This document shows, one piece after another, positions 1-11,200 of a stretch of DNA of 23,540 nucleotides. Where the stretch lies: assembly GCA_000388065.2 (NCBI GenBank), contig KB932205.1. One strand, written 5' to 3'. This DNA is from Fonticula alba ATCC 38817. Taxonomy: Eukaryota; Protista; Nucleariida. How positions within the stretch are numbered: the first letter of the stretch is position 1; every line of letters starts with the position of its first letter. Made by a program: the position numbers and the translations under genes. A model generated the notes under the pieces. It saw only the letters and a list, made by a program, of their open reading frames with translations. It had not been told where the DNA came from and did not search any database.

Positions 1-274
1 TCGGTATCCTCCGCCACTCGGACTACATGAACCTGGCCCAGTGCGAGACCCTGGATGGTGCGCCTCCTTGCCCCCTCGCCGGCCGCCTGCCGCATTGCCA
101 GCTGCCCAAACTGACCCTCCTGCTTTCCATCTCCGCCGGTGGCAGATCTCAAGCTCCACCTCTCTGGCTCGGACTACGGCAACTTCCTCCAGAACGAGCC
201 CTCCCCCCTGGCCACCACCACCATCTCCCAGGTACTTTTCCCCGCGTGCCGGCCCCCCGGTCCACACACACACA

Positions 275-305
<31 letters not shown>

Positions 306-1590
306 TCCCTTCCCCTTCCTCCACCCCCCACGCTCACACGTGCCCCCAACACCTCCTCCCCTTCCCTGTGGCTAGAAATGCACTGAGAAGATGGTCGCCG
401 AGTTCCGCCACCTCCGTGCCAATGCTGTTCCCCCCCTGTCCAAGTTCCTGGACTACATTACGTACGTCCTCTTTCCTGTCCCCCCCTCGCTCCGGCCGGT
501 CCTCCGTCGCGGCTTCCTCGCTGACCCCTGTCTACCCCCCTGCCTCTCGTCCTGCCCTCCCTTGCCCTTTGGCCGGCATACACACACACACACACAACAC
601 ACACAACACACACAGCTACGGCTACATGATCGACAACATTGTTCTCATCCTGACCGGCACCCTGCATGAGCGCGACACCTCCGAGCTCCTGGAGAAGTGC
701 CACCCCCTGGGCATGTTCGAGGCCCTGCCCTCCCTCTGTGTGGCCACCACCACGGCCGACCTGTACAACTCGGTCATCATCGACACCCCGCTGGCCCCCT
801 ACTTCTCGGCCTCCCTCAGCGAGGCGGACCTGGACGAGCTGAACATCGAGATCATCCGTAACACCCTGTACAAGGCCTACCTGGAGGACTTCCACGCCTA
901 CTGCCAGCGCCTTGGTGGCACCACCGCCGAGATCATGGGCAAGCTCCTGGCCTTCGAGGCCGACCGCCGTGCCATCAACATCACCATCAACTCCTTCGGC
1001 ACCGACCTGACCAAGGACGAGCGCTCTCGCCTGTTCCCCACCATTGGCCAGCTGCACCCTGATGGCCTGGCCCGCCTGGCCCGCGCCGATGATGTTGAGG
1101 GTGTCGCCGCCGCTTGCAGCCCGTACCCCGAGTACAGCCGCGCCTTTGAGGACGCCGAGGTCGAGGGCAAGTCCCTGGAGGAGTGCTTCTACGCGTGCGT
1201 TTGCCCTCTCTCTTCTTCTTCTTTTTTTTTTCGCTTCCCTCCCTCCCCTGTCCCGGCCGCCCCCGTCTCCTCCTGCGACCATTAGAGGGCGCATGCGAGA
1301 GGGAGAGAAAGGCGAGGGCGAGGCGAAAGAAAAAGGGCCCGCGCGAGCCAATCTCCCTTTCCTACTAACACACACATGCCCGCCCGTCCCCCCCCCCCCC
1401 CGTGCCTCTCCTTTTCAGTTACGAGGTTGAGCTCCTGAAGTCCAGCTTCGAGCAGCATTTCCACTTTGCCACCTTCTACGCCTTCGTCCGCCTGAAGGAG
1501 CAGGAGATCCGTAACATCGTCTGGATCGCCGAGTGCATTGCCCAGAGCCAGCGCGACAAGATCAACCACTACATCAACATCTTCAACTAA
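1..1590 (+). CDS. VMA6: V-type H+-ATPase V0 subunit d, 5'-truncated; exons <1-57, 146-231, 376-461, 616-1194, 1419-1590
   Basis: The spliced product reads [33 protein letters not shown]...[27 protein letters not shown]...CHPLGMF...DTPLAPYF...[21 protein letters not shown]...[15 protein letters not shown]...[31 protein letters not shown]. These are hallmark Vma6/ATP6V0D motifs. All four introns (58-145, 232-375, 462-615, 1195-1418) are GT-AG and phase-compatible. Positions 3-1590 spliced give 978 nt = 326 codons. Confidence 0.97.
266..305. repeat. (CA)n microsatellite in V-ATPase d intron 2
   Basis: Visible acacac tract; similar tracts occur at 577-615, 1830-1860 and 19117-19140. Confidence 0.9.
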
Positions 1591-2262
1591 GTCTCTTTCT
1601 CCCTCGCCGACGCCGCGCCGCAAGCCCCGCAGGCCCAGAGCAAGGACGGACGCAACCAGCCGGCGGAGGCCACTGCGTCGGCCTTGGCCCGTGGTGCCCC
1701 TCATGCCCCGGCTTTTTCTCCTCCCCTCTCCCGCCACCGCCCTTTCCCCCTTTGCGCGGGATTCCGACATCTGGCGCCGGGGAGGGGGCGGAGGCGGCGG
1801 GCCAAGGCCCTGCTTGCGCGTGCGGGCGCACACACCAACACACATACACACACACACACGCGCGCGCGCGCGCGCGTAACATCAGCGCCTCTGTTCCCCT
1901 CCCGGAGGAGGTCAGGGGCGTGCTCCCCTCCCTCCCCTCGCCTCTAATAATACAATTTACAAAAGACAGAACATCTCTTCCGATGTGCGGGGCATTTTCT
2001 ATTACCAAGGCACTCGTGTGCGCGCTGCGGCGTCGCACTGTCCGCGGGCCTTGTCACGGGGGACCTCACCCCTGCATGCATGCATGCACGACCGCCAGGA
2101 GAGGGATATGTATCTCCATTTGCCGGGGGGGGGGGGGGAAGGGAGAGAGAAGTTCCCACACAGAGAGGCAGAAAGAGGGGGAGAGAGGGGGAGAGAAACG
2201 AGTGGAGGGCGGCAGGAGGGGGAGACCCGGCCACTGGCAGACGCGAAGCAAGGACGCCCCCA

Positions 2263-3260
2263 CTACTCGGCCGTAAGCCGGCCCAGATCCTCGACCAGCA
2301 GGGCGCCCAAAGCCGGGTCGGCCACCGGATTGAAGACGCCTCTCCCCGCGGTGGACAGACAGTCGGCCAGGATGGCCACCTGCGCATGCGTCGAAATCGG
2401 CTGGCCACCGACACCTCGCTCGCGCAACTGCGTCAGCCCGGCCCCAAAGTCCCCAGCAAGCAGGGCCAGGTGCGCCGAGTCGAAGTCCTCCACGCCGGCC
2501 GACGCCTCGGCGGGGGCGGTGGTGGCGGCCGCGGCGCCGGGAGCCGCCAGGTCGGCGCCCGTCGCCTGGATGGCCTCTCGCGCCAGCAGCAAGTGCGTCA
2601 TCTCCAGCGCGCTCCGGTCGAGGATCGGCTGGCCGTCGGCCGCGGCGCCCGGCTGCAGCACCGCCGAGTAAATGGTCTCGGCCACGGGGGCCAGGGGATC
2701 GGCGTGAGAGCCGGCCCGCGAACTTGAGGCCGGCGCTTCCCGCAGGGCATCCAGCGCGATGCGCTGGTGCTCGACGACCGCCGCCAGGTTCGGCGACTTA
2801 CGAGTCAGCTCGGCATGCGCCGACTCCAGGCTGTCATGGACACGACCGGTGCTCATGATATCTGTCGGTGGACTGGCGGCGAGGGGGACGAAAGCTGGAG
2901 TGAGGGAGAATGCAGGGGGGGGGGGCTGGCGAGCAATGAGCGTAAGAAGGGGGGAATGAGGGCTGGGTGGGGAGAGTGCGCTGAGGCGCCGGGCGAGGGG
3001 GGGGTAGTGCAAGCTGGTGTCCGAAAAAGGACCACACGCCCCCCCCCTGCAGAAGGGTACGCCAGTGCGCGCAAGGGGGCGCACGCACGAAGAGAGAGAT
3101 CTGGTCCGGATGGTGGAGAAGGGAGCCAGCGAAGGGCTGGGGGGGGCCGGGGGGGGGGGGACCGCCGGACCGCAGCACAGGGCACCCGGCCGAGTGCGCG
3201 TGGGTCGGGCGGCGGGATCTGCATGTGTAGCATGTTCAGATCGTTGGCACCTGCCTCCAT
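2263..3260 (-). CDS. Hypothetical helical protein; well-supported exon 2861-2263, tentative first exon 3260-3089
   Basis: The segment 2856-2263 (MSTGRVHDSLESAHAELTRKSPNLAAVVEHQRIALDAL...LLVEDLGRLTAE*) has protein-like composition, unlike the shadow ORFs. A CAG acceptor lies at 2864-2862 and a GTGCGT donor at 3088. Joining 3260-3089 (MEAGANDLNMLHMQ...) keeps the frame and gives ~256 aa. The 5' structure is uncertain and no family was recognised. Confidence 0.65.
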
Positions 3261-3741
3261 GTCTGCCTTATCAGACTGGGATGCGACAAATGTGTGCTTT
3301 TATATTATTCCGTCTTTATTCGGGGCACAGATGCTGTGTTCATTTGTGCGTGCGTGTGTCCGGAACGGGACTCTTCCGGCCCACCTGCTCGTCTCCGCGT
3401 CTCTTTCACTCAGTGGCAGGATGCGTGCGTGTGTTGCCAGACGCCTGAGCCGCCCATTTGTTGTTGGTGCGTGTTCTATCCCCTATCTCCCGGCTTCCTT
3501 GGAGGTATGACCAGCACCGCGCCCGGCTTCGTGTGGTGTTTGGGGGGAAGAAAGGGGGGGGGGGGAGAAAAGGTGGGAAAAGGAGGGAAACGAAGCCAGA
3601 GGCGACAGCACGGGGAACAGGGGCCCTTCGTGATGGCGGCGGCCTTTGGGGGGTGTGGGTGATTTATTTGGGAGCGTCGACTCACCTCCTTCAGGGGCCG
3701 CTCCGGCGGCCATTTTCTACGGGAGTCGAATCTAGCTCGGT

Positions 3742-4564
3742 CTAGAAGAGCGGCGTGCCGGGAGGGAGGCCAGCACTGTCAAGAAGAACCACTCGACTGA
3801 CCGGGGCGGCGTCCACACCGTCAGCTGCGGGCTGGCTGAAGGCCCCAGCGACCACCATGCCGTGGGACTGGATGCCGCGCATCTTGCGGGGCTTGAGGTT
3901 GGCCACCAGGACAACGCTCTTGCCCACGAGCTGAGCAGCATGGCGAGGCCAGGGGAGGGTGGGTGTTAGAGGGCGACGGGGGGATTGCCCGCGGGCCATG
4001 GCTGCTGGCGTACCTCCTCGGCGGTGTGGGACTCGCGCAGGCCGGAGCACACGGTGCGCGGGGTGCCGGACCCGTCATCCAAGCTGTCGTGGGCACCCGC
4101 GTGGCAGGGGGAACCATGCCCATGGGGCAATGCGCGTGTGTCAGGAGGCGGCACGGGGGGGGGAGGGGGGAGAAGCAGGCGGGCAAGGGAGGGCAGGTGA
4201 CCTGAACGCACGTCAGAACGTAGAGGCGATCGGCATTCGGGTGCGGCTCGGCCTGCAGCACCCGAGCTGATAGGAGTTGCACCTTGGCGAAATCCTCGAT
4301 GCCGATGGGGGCCGGGGCGGCCGGGGCGGCCGGGGCGGCCGGGGCAGCAGCATCGACCGCCGGGGCGGCGGCAGCTGGAGCAGCGACATCGGCAACGGGC
4401 GCGGCAGCATCGGCGGCCGGGGCAGTGGGAGGTGCGACGGCGGCGGCGGCGGCAGCGGCGGCACCCTCACCCGGAGCCGAGCTGAGCATACGCACGGCAA
4501 GAGGCCCGAAGCGTGGGACGCCATGCTGTGCATACAGGCGGACGGAGCTGATAGCGCGAATCAT
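3742..4564 (-). CDS. Stand-alone tRNA-binding OB-fold protein (Trbp111/CsaA/MetRS C-terminal-like) with N-terminal mitochondrial-like presequence; exons 4564-4212, 4083-4014, 3930-3742 (203 aa)
   Basis: The spliced product is MIRAISSVRLYAQHGVPRFGPLAVRMLSS, an Ala/Pro linker, then IGIEDFAKVQLLSARVLQAEPHPNADRLYVLT/LDDGSGTPRTVCSGLRESHTAEE/LVGKSVVLVANLKPRKMRGIQSHGMVVA...LPPGTPLF*. The DF.K, H.NAD.L, ANLKP.KMRG..S.GM and PPG motifs are typical of this family. Introns 4211-4084 and 4013-3931 are GT-AG and in phase; total 612 nt. Confidence 0.92.
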
Positions 4565-5067
4565 TGCAGGCCGGCGATGCGTGGGCGAGGAGGCAGGGCG
4601 CGAGTGGGCGGGGCTGGGAGGGGGAGGAAGGGCGAGGGGGATGGGCCTCACCCCGGCGCCTGGCCGCCGGGCTCGTGCGGCCGCCGGGCTCTTGAGGCCG
4701 GAGCACGATCGGCATCCGGGCCGCACCGAGATCGCACATGTGTGTATGTGTGTGTGTGCCTGCCCCGGGGCCTGGGGGAACCGGGCCCAGGTGCCAGCGG
4801 ATCGCGACTAGACGGCCGCGCTCATGGGCCACCGCGGTCCGGCAGGCGGGCAGATCGCGGCGCCTTCGCCACAAAGACCCTTGTGCATTTCCTTCCCCCA
4901 GCCTGCTTTTCCCCCCCCCCCCCCCCCCTCCCTCGCGTGCCCTTTTGCCCTTTCCGTGCGGGGTTCCTTTCGCCTCTCGACCTTGGCCTCCCCCGCCCCC
5001 CCCTTCTCCCTCCATCCCTTCCTCCCTCCCTCTCTCCCTCCCTCCCTCCATAGCCCGAGCAGTGTGA
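4565..5067. promoter_or_regulatory. Putative bidirectional promoter between the tRNA-binding gene and Gemin5
   Basis: The divergent predicted start codons are 503 bp apart. No specific element was identified. Confidence 0.45.
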
Positions 5068-8000
5068 ATGTCGCTCGCAGGCGAACTGGCGGCGCCGGGC
5101 GAGGCGTCGGCCCTGGCTCTGGGCCTCGGGGCTCTGGCGCCTGAGTGCGGGCCGGCGGCCAGTGCGTCGGCCGTCATCCTGCCGGCCTCGCCGAACTGGC
5201 ACTCCTCCAGCGCGGTGGCCGTGCACCCGCGCCTGCCGCTGGTGCTGCTGGCTTGCAAGGATGCCGTGGTTCTGGTGGCGCCGGCGACCGGTGGCGGGTG
5301 CCCCTCGGGGCCCTCGCCGGCGGACTTCCGCGTGGTGGCCTGGCACAATATGAATGGCTCGGCCGGGGCGCCCAATCGATCGATCGTCCGCGTGACGGCC
5401 GTGGCCTTCGCCCAGAGTGCGGCCGGGGCCGCGGGCCCGGGGGCCTTGCTGGAGGACGCCCTGCCGGCGGTGCGGCTGGTGGCCGGCTTGTCGGACAACC
5501 GGGTGGCCCTGTTCCAGGTGGCTCGCGGCGCGGCCGGCGGCCCGCACGGCGGCGCACGCTGGGTCCTCCGGCAGGTGGCCCGCCATGCGGGGCACCGATC
5601 GGCCGGGTCCACCGCCGACGGGGACTCCGGCGGGGTGTCTTCCGAGGGCACGGCCGCTGTGCCGGCCGGCGGGCCGGGCGGCCGGGCGCGCGGGAATCGC
5701 TCCGCCGGCACGGTGCCCCCCTCGTCAGTGACTACGGTCAGCGCGTCGGCCGACTCGCCGTGGGTGGTGTCCGGCGATGGGCTGGGCCGGGTGGTGGTTT
5801 GGCGCCTGCCATCGGGCGATGCTTCCGCCGGGCCGGACCCAGTGGCCGGCCTCCTTGACAGCCTTGTCCAGCCTGCCGGGCCGGCGAGCGACCCGGCAGC
5901 TCGGCGATTGCTGGAGCAGTCGCGCTTCCCGGCCCAGACGCACGGCGGGTCCGAGCAGACGGGCTACTGGTCGCGATTGCAATTGATCGGCGCGGCGACG
6001 GGCCCGGCGTCGGCCGGCGCCTCCTCCGGGTCGACCGTGCGCGGGGGCGGCAGCGGTGCCCGCGGTCGCGGGCCACGGGCCGCTGTCGGCGGATCTTCCG
6101 GCGGTGTGGCGGCCATCTGCTCGGATTGGGCCCCCTTCGCCGTGCCGGTCTTCGCCATCGGGTGCGTGCTCGAGGCCCCGTCGTTCCCGGCGCTGTGGGC
6201 TCTTGACTGACCCTTTCCCTCGCTCCTCGCTCCTCGGGACGACGCCGATGATGATGGTGTGCGTTTGTGTGTATTTCTGTGTGTGTATTTCTGTGTGTGT
6301 ATTTCTGTGTGTGTATTTCTGTGNNNNNNNNNNNNNNNNNNNNNNNNNNNNNNNNNNNNNNNNNNNNNNNNNNNNNNNNNNNNNNNNNNNNNNNNNNNNN
6401 NNNNNNNNNNNNNNNNNNNNNNNNNNNNNNNNNNNNNNNNNNNNNNNNNNNNNNNNNNNNNNNNNNNNNNNNNNNNNNNNNNNNNNNNNNNNNNNNNNNN
6501 NNNNNNNNNNNNNNNNNNNNNNNNNNNNNNNNNNNNNNNNNNNNNNNNNNNNNNNNNNNNNNNNNNNNNNNNNNNNNNNNNNNNNNNNNNNNNNNNNNNN
6601 NNNNNNNNNNNNNNNNNNNNNNNNNNNNNNNNNNNNNNNNNNNNNNNNNNNNNNNNNNNNNNNNNNNNNNNNNNNNNNNNNNNNNNNNNNNNNNNNNNNN
6701 NNNNNNNNNNNNNNNNNNNNNNNNNNNNNNNNNNNNNNNNNNNNNNNNNNNNNNNNNNNNNNNNNNNNNNNNNNNNNNNNNNNTGTATTTCTGTGCGTGT
6801 TTCTGTGTGTGTGTTTCTGTGCGTGTTTCTGTGTGTGTGCTTCTCGGTGTGGCACTCCTTACGCCCGTGTGTGTGCACGCGCGCGCGCGCGCGCGCCTGT
6901 GTGGCGGGCGGCGGGGACGCCAAATGGCAGCCACCAAAATGGCCAGATCTCCCTTTGCACCGTCCTGCCGGGGGCCCTGCTGGATGGGAGTGCCCCCTTT
7001 GCGGTGGCCATTTCCGCGCGACTGCGCGACCATTCGGACGCCGTGCAAACGGTGCGCTTTTCGCCGTTTCCGGTGTCGCCATTCGCCCCGGGCCCGGGTG
7101 CCAGCCCGGAACGCCGGGCAGTTCCGACCGCCGGGGCGTCGCTCGGCCCCGGCGTGGACTCGTGCCCGACCACGCCAGGGGTCGGCGGCCCGGCAGGGAC
7201 GGCGGCATCGGTCGGGCCGCTACAGTTGGCCTCATGTGCCGGGCTGGCACCGGTGCACGCGAGCCTCGGCGTGCCGCTGGTGGAGACGCTCTTCCTGGCC
7301 AGTGGCTCGCGCGACCAAACGGTGCGCGTGTGGGCCGTGCAGCCGGGCCTGCTGTCCGGCATCCGGGCGCCACTGCCGGCGGGTGATTCGCACCTGCTGG
7401 CCCTTGCTACCAGCTGCCTGGTGCGCTTCAATTACCCGCGCGACTCGACCGGACCCGGGGGCGGCCGCGGCCCGGGGGCAGCCGGGGGCCCATCCGCCGG
7501 CGACTCGGCCCCGGATGACGGTCGGCAGGCAAGCCGTCTGCGCGCGACGCTGACGTGGTCCGCCCGGCCAGGGGCCCCGGGCCGGGCTTACCAGTGTGTC
7601 TGTGCCCTGTCGACCGGGGCGGCCCCATGTGCCGGGGACCGGCTGGCGCCGATTCTCCTGTGCGGCTCGGCCAGTGGCGAGCTGTCGGTGTGGGACTTGG
7701 GCATGCCGCTGGTCCGGCTGCCGGGCCCGGCCGGCGGCGAGGCGGCCGCCGACGAGGCGCTCTTCGACATGCCGCGGTACACGACGGCCGGCGAGTGTGC
7801 GGCCTGGCGCCGGCGTTGGCCGGCCGACTTGCTTGCGGCGCCGGTGCTGCAGCATGCGCCGTGCTCCTTCCGGCCGGCATCGGCGGGATCGCCGGACGCC
7901 CCGGCCCCGCTCGGGGCTCGTCTCATCCGACGCCTGACCACCGGCGGCCATAATCGCACCATCTTTGGCCTGGACTTCGGGGGGTTTCCTTCGCCCGGCG

Positions 8001-8105
8001 TGGGGGCCTCCATCTCCATGGATCGGCAGGTGTGTACCTGGGGCCTTCTCCTCGGCCGCGTGCTTTCTGCGATGTCATGAGTGGGAGTATCGGCCTGGTG
8101 AACTG

Positions 8106-8140
<35 letters not shown>

Positions 8141-8261
8141 TGTGTGTGTGCGTGCGTGTGTGCGTGCGTGCGTGCGTGCGTGCGTGCGTGGGTGCGTGGG
8201 TGCGTGCGTGCGTGCGTGTGCGTGTGTCTGTGCGCGCGTGCTCCTCCCTCCCTCCCTACCC

Positions 8262-8298
<37 letters not shown>

Positions 8299-11200
8299 GT
8301 TCTCCCCACCCCCATCCGAACGCGGCACCCTCCCGGGGTCAAAGGTGATCATTTGGTCGCTGGCCGACTTGCAGCCGGTGACTCGCATGCCGACCCTCGG
8401 GGCCTTCGGCTGGGCCCTGAGCGTGGCACCGGAGACCGGACCGGCCCCGAGGCAGGTGGCCCTGGCCGTGGGCGATGGCACGGTGCGGCTGTTTGATCCG
8501 TGCACGGTGGGGCAGCGACGCCTGCTGCCGAGCTCCGGTCCGACCCCCGGCGTCGGGGCGTACGATGGCTGGCGCTCGGTCTGGCGGCGTCTCAACACCC
8601 AGGTGACCGCCTGCCGGCATGCGCCGGCCAGCGCCGACCCCCACCTGGCCGGGCGGCTGGCATACGGCCTGGTCGACGGCGGGGTGGGCTTGCTGTCGGC
8701 CGGGTCGGCCAGCCCGGCGGTGGTCCCCTCGCCGGGGTTCCACCAGGCCTCCGTGCAGGCGGTGGTCTGGCTGCGGGTGACCGAGCCGGATGAGGCGCCT
8801 GGCGGTGGCGCGGCCGGCGGCGCGGCTCCTGGCCGGTGGTCGCTGGCCTCGCTGGCGGCCGATGGCCAGGCGCTGCTGCTGCACCGCCTGGCCGGGCCAC
8901 CCTCGGGTGCCGAGCGCCCCGCCGGGCCGGAGCCGGCCGACGCTCGACCGGCCAAGAAGCGCCGGAAGCGAGGCCCCCCGGGAGATGCAGCCGAGTCCGG
9001 GCCCGGGGCCCCATCGTCGGACGCCTGGGCCAGCGGCGGGCCATTTATGTCGGGCCCGGGGCCGGGCCCGGGCCCGGCCGATCTGACGGGGGCCGTGCAT
9101 GGCGGGCAGGCCGGCCTGCCGGCCGATGCACGGCCCACCGCACTGGCCGGGTCCCCCTGCGGCCGGGTCCTGGCGGTGGGCTTCTCCAGCGGGCATGTGT
9201 GCCTGTATGTCCTGAGCGGGGCATTGGAACATCGGCTGTTGGCCGCCGGGGCGACCGGGACTGCGGCCCATCCGCCGGCCGAGGCGTGCCTGGTGCTGAC
9301 CGGCCACGGTTCGGTCCCCGGGCAGGAGTCCATCACATCGGTCGACCTGCTGGAGCACGGTACGTGAGACTGGCCCTGTGCCGGGGTCCCCGCCAGGGCG
9401 TCTCGGCATTGCTGCCGCTTCTTTTTTTTTTTTTTCCTTTTTGCCTTGGCGGCTCCCTGCCCGACGTCCGTTGTGTGTGAGTGTACATGCGTGCCCCTTC
9501 TCACCGGTTTTTTCCCGTTCCCCTTTCCATCCCACCCGCCCGGTCGCAGATGGGGGCCTCCTGCTGGCCGCGGCCACGGAACGCGGGCGGCTGCACGTCG
9601 CCGAGGCGGTCTCGGGCCCGGCCGCCGGGGGGCCGGACTGCCCGGCGGCCGAGCTGTCCTTCGGAGGCTTCGAGTCGCAGCAGCACTCGGATGCCGGTGT
9701 GGCGGTCTGCTGGGCTGCCGGGCCGCCGGAAGCCGTTCGCCATCCTGGGTACTTGGGATCCCTGGCCGGGGCACCGGGTGTCCCCGGGCCCGAGGCCACG
9801 GTGGCTCGTCTGTTGTCGCTCGCGCAAAATGGCTCGCTGCAGTTGTGGCACGTGGTGCTCGGGCCCGAGCGGGGCCGCCGGCGGCCGGTCCTCGCGGCCC
9901 GGTACCTGCCGGTGCATTTGGGCCAGGTGCATGGGGCGGCGGCCATGCTGCTACCTGGCTCCCGGGGGCTGGTCATTCTGTCGACCGGCAGCGACCAGAC
10001 CCTCCGGTCGACGCTGCTGGCCGATGACCTGGATCCGAAGCTGCTGTCCGGGCCGCCGGCCGTCTCGCCACCGGGGGACGGCCCGGTGCCCGTGGCGGCG
10101 GCCGTGGCGGCCCCAGCGGCGCCGGCGGTCCCAGCCCCAGCAGAGGCATTCCCCTCGCCCGGACCCGGGGGCCCGAGTCCGGCCAAGCGCCCGCGCGGGG
10201 AGGCCCCCGGCCGAGCCGCTGTCAGCCTGGCGCCCGACGCGACACCGGCCGCCAGCCCGGCCACGGGGAGTGACATGGCTGCCGGCGGGGAGCCGGGCCT
10301 GGCGCCCGGGCGCGGGCTCTTCTGGGACCTGCTGGGCCAGGGCCCCGGGCCGGCGCCAGGCCAAGCGTGCCCCTTCATGCGCCCGCTCCTGCCGATGGCC
10401 CAGTGCCTGGCGCCCGGGGCCGGGCTTCTCGGGCTTCGGCACCCGGCCGGCCCGGCGTGCGGCCGCCAGTGTGGCCTCCTGCCGTTGCTGCTCGCTTCCC
10501 CCACGCGAGACCTGCTGGCCCAGCTCCAAGCCTCCGGTGCGTGGCCGGACCCCGACTTGCCCTCGCCCCGCCCCCTTCCCCATGTGTCTCGCCTCCTCCC
10601 CCCCCCCCCGGCGTGGATCACTGACTTGCTGCCTCTTCCCCCTTCGCGGCTCCGCCTCGGGCGCCCTCTCCTGCCTCGCTGCTCGGGCGCAGCCCTGGCC
10701 ATGCCGGCCGGGAGGGGGCTCCTGGCCGGGGTGTGCCTGCAGGCATGGCTTGGCCATGGGCGGCGGGCCCTCGAGCGTGCGTTGGTCGATGTCGAGGCGA
10801 CGTGCGCCTGTGCCCGCTGCCGGCACGCATTGCTGGCCGGGCTGGCGGCCCTGGCCGGGCACTTTGCCCCGGGAGACCTGTCGCGGCGCTATGCGGCGGC
10901 GCTGTGCCGGCCGGCGGGCGCCGGGCGCCGGGCGGCTGCATGTGCCGCGGACCCGGGCCTCGGCCCGCTTCTCGGGGCCACCTTGGTGCTCGGGGCCGAG
11001 GGCAGCGCGGCCGGGGTCCGGGCCCTGGCCGAGGCCGGGCTGTGGGGCTTGGCGGTGGCCCTGGGCCGGGTCAACCTGCCGGCGGCTGGCAGCCTGGACG
11101 CCAGTGCGGCCGGGCCCCGGGGCCTCCTCCTCCAAGAGGTCCTCCACGCCGGTGCCCTGTCGGCCGCATCGCCCGCACACCCGGCCGGGCCATGTGCCGG

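Noticed and set aside
1-1590. Functional linkage of V-ATPase d with neighbouring genes as a cluster
   Set aside because: It is an ordinary housekeeping gene with no evidence beyond adjacency.
1830-1877. (CA)n(CG)n alternating tract as a functional Z-DNA element (also 6865-6897)
   Set aside because: Z-DNA is plausible physically, but such tracts are ubiquitous here and nothing points to a specific function.
6258-6840. Regular repeat array as a possible CRISPR or mobile element
   Set aside because: It is a simple GT-rich minisatellite without unique spacers, inside a eukaryotic intron, with no cas or transposase genes nearby.
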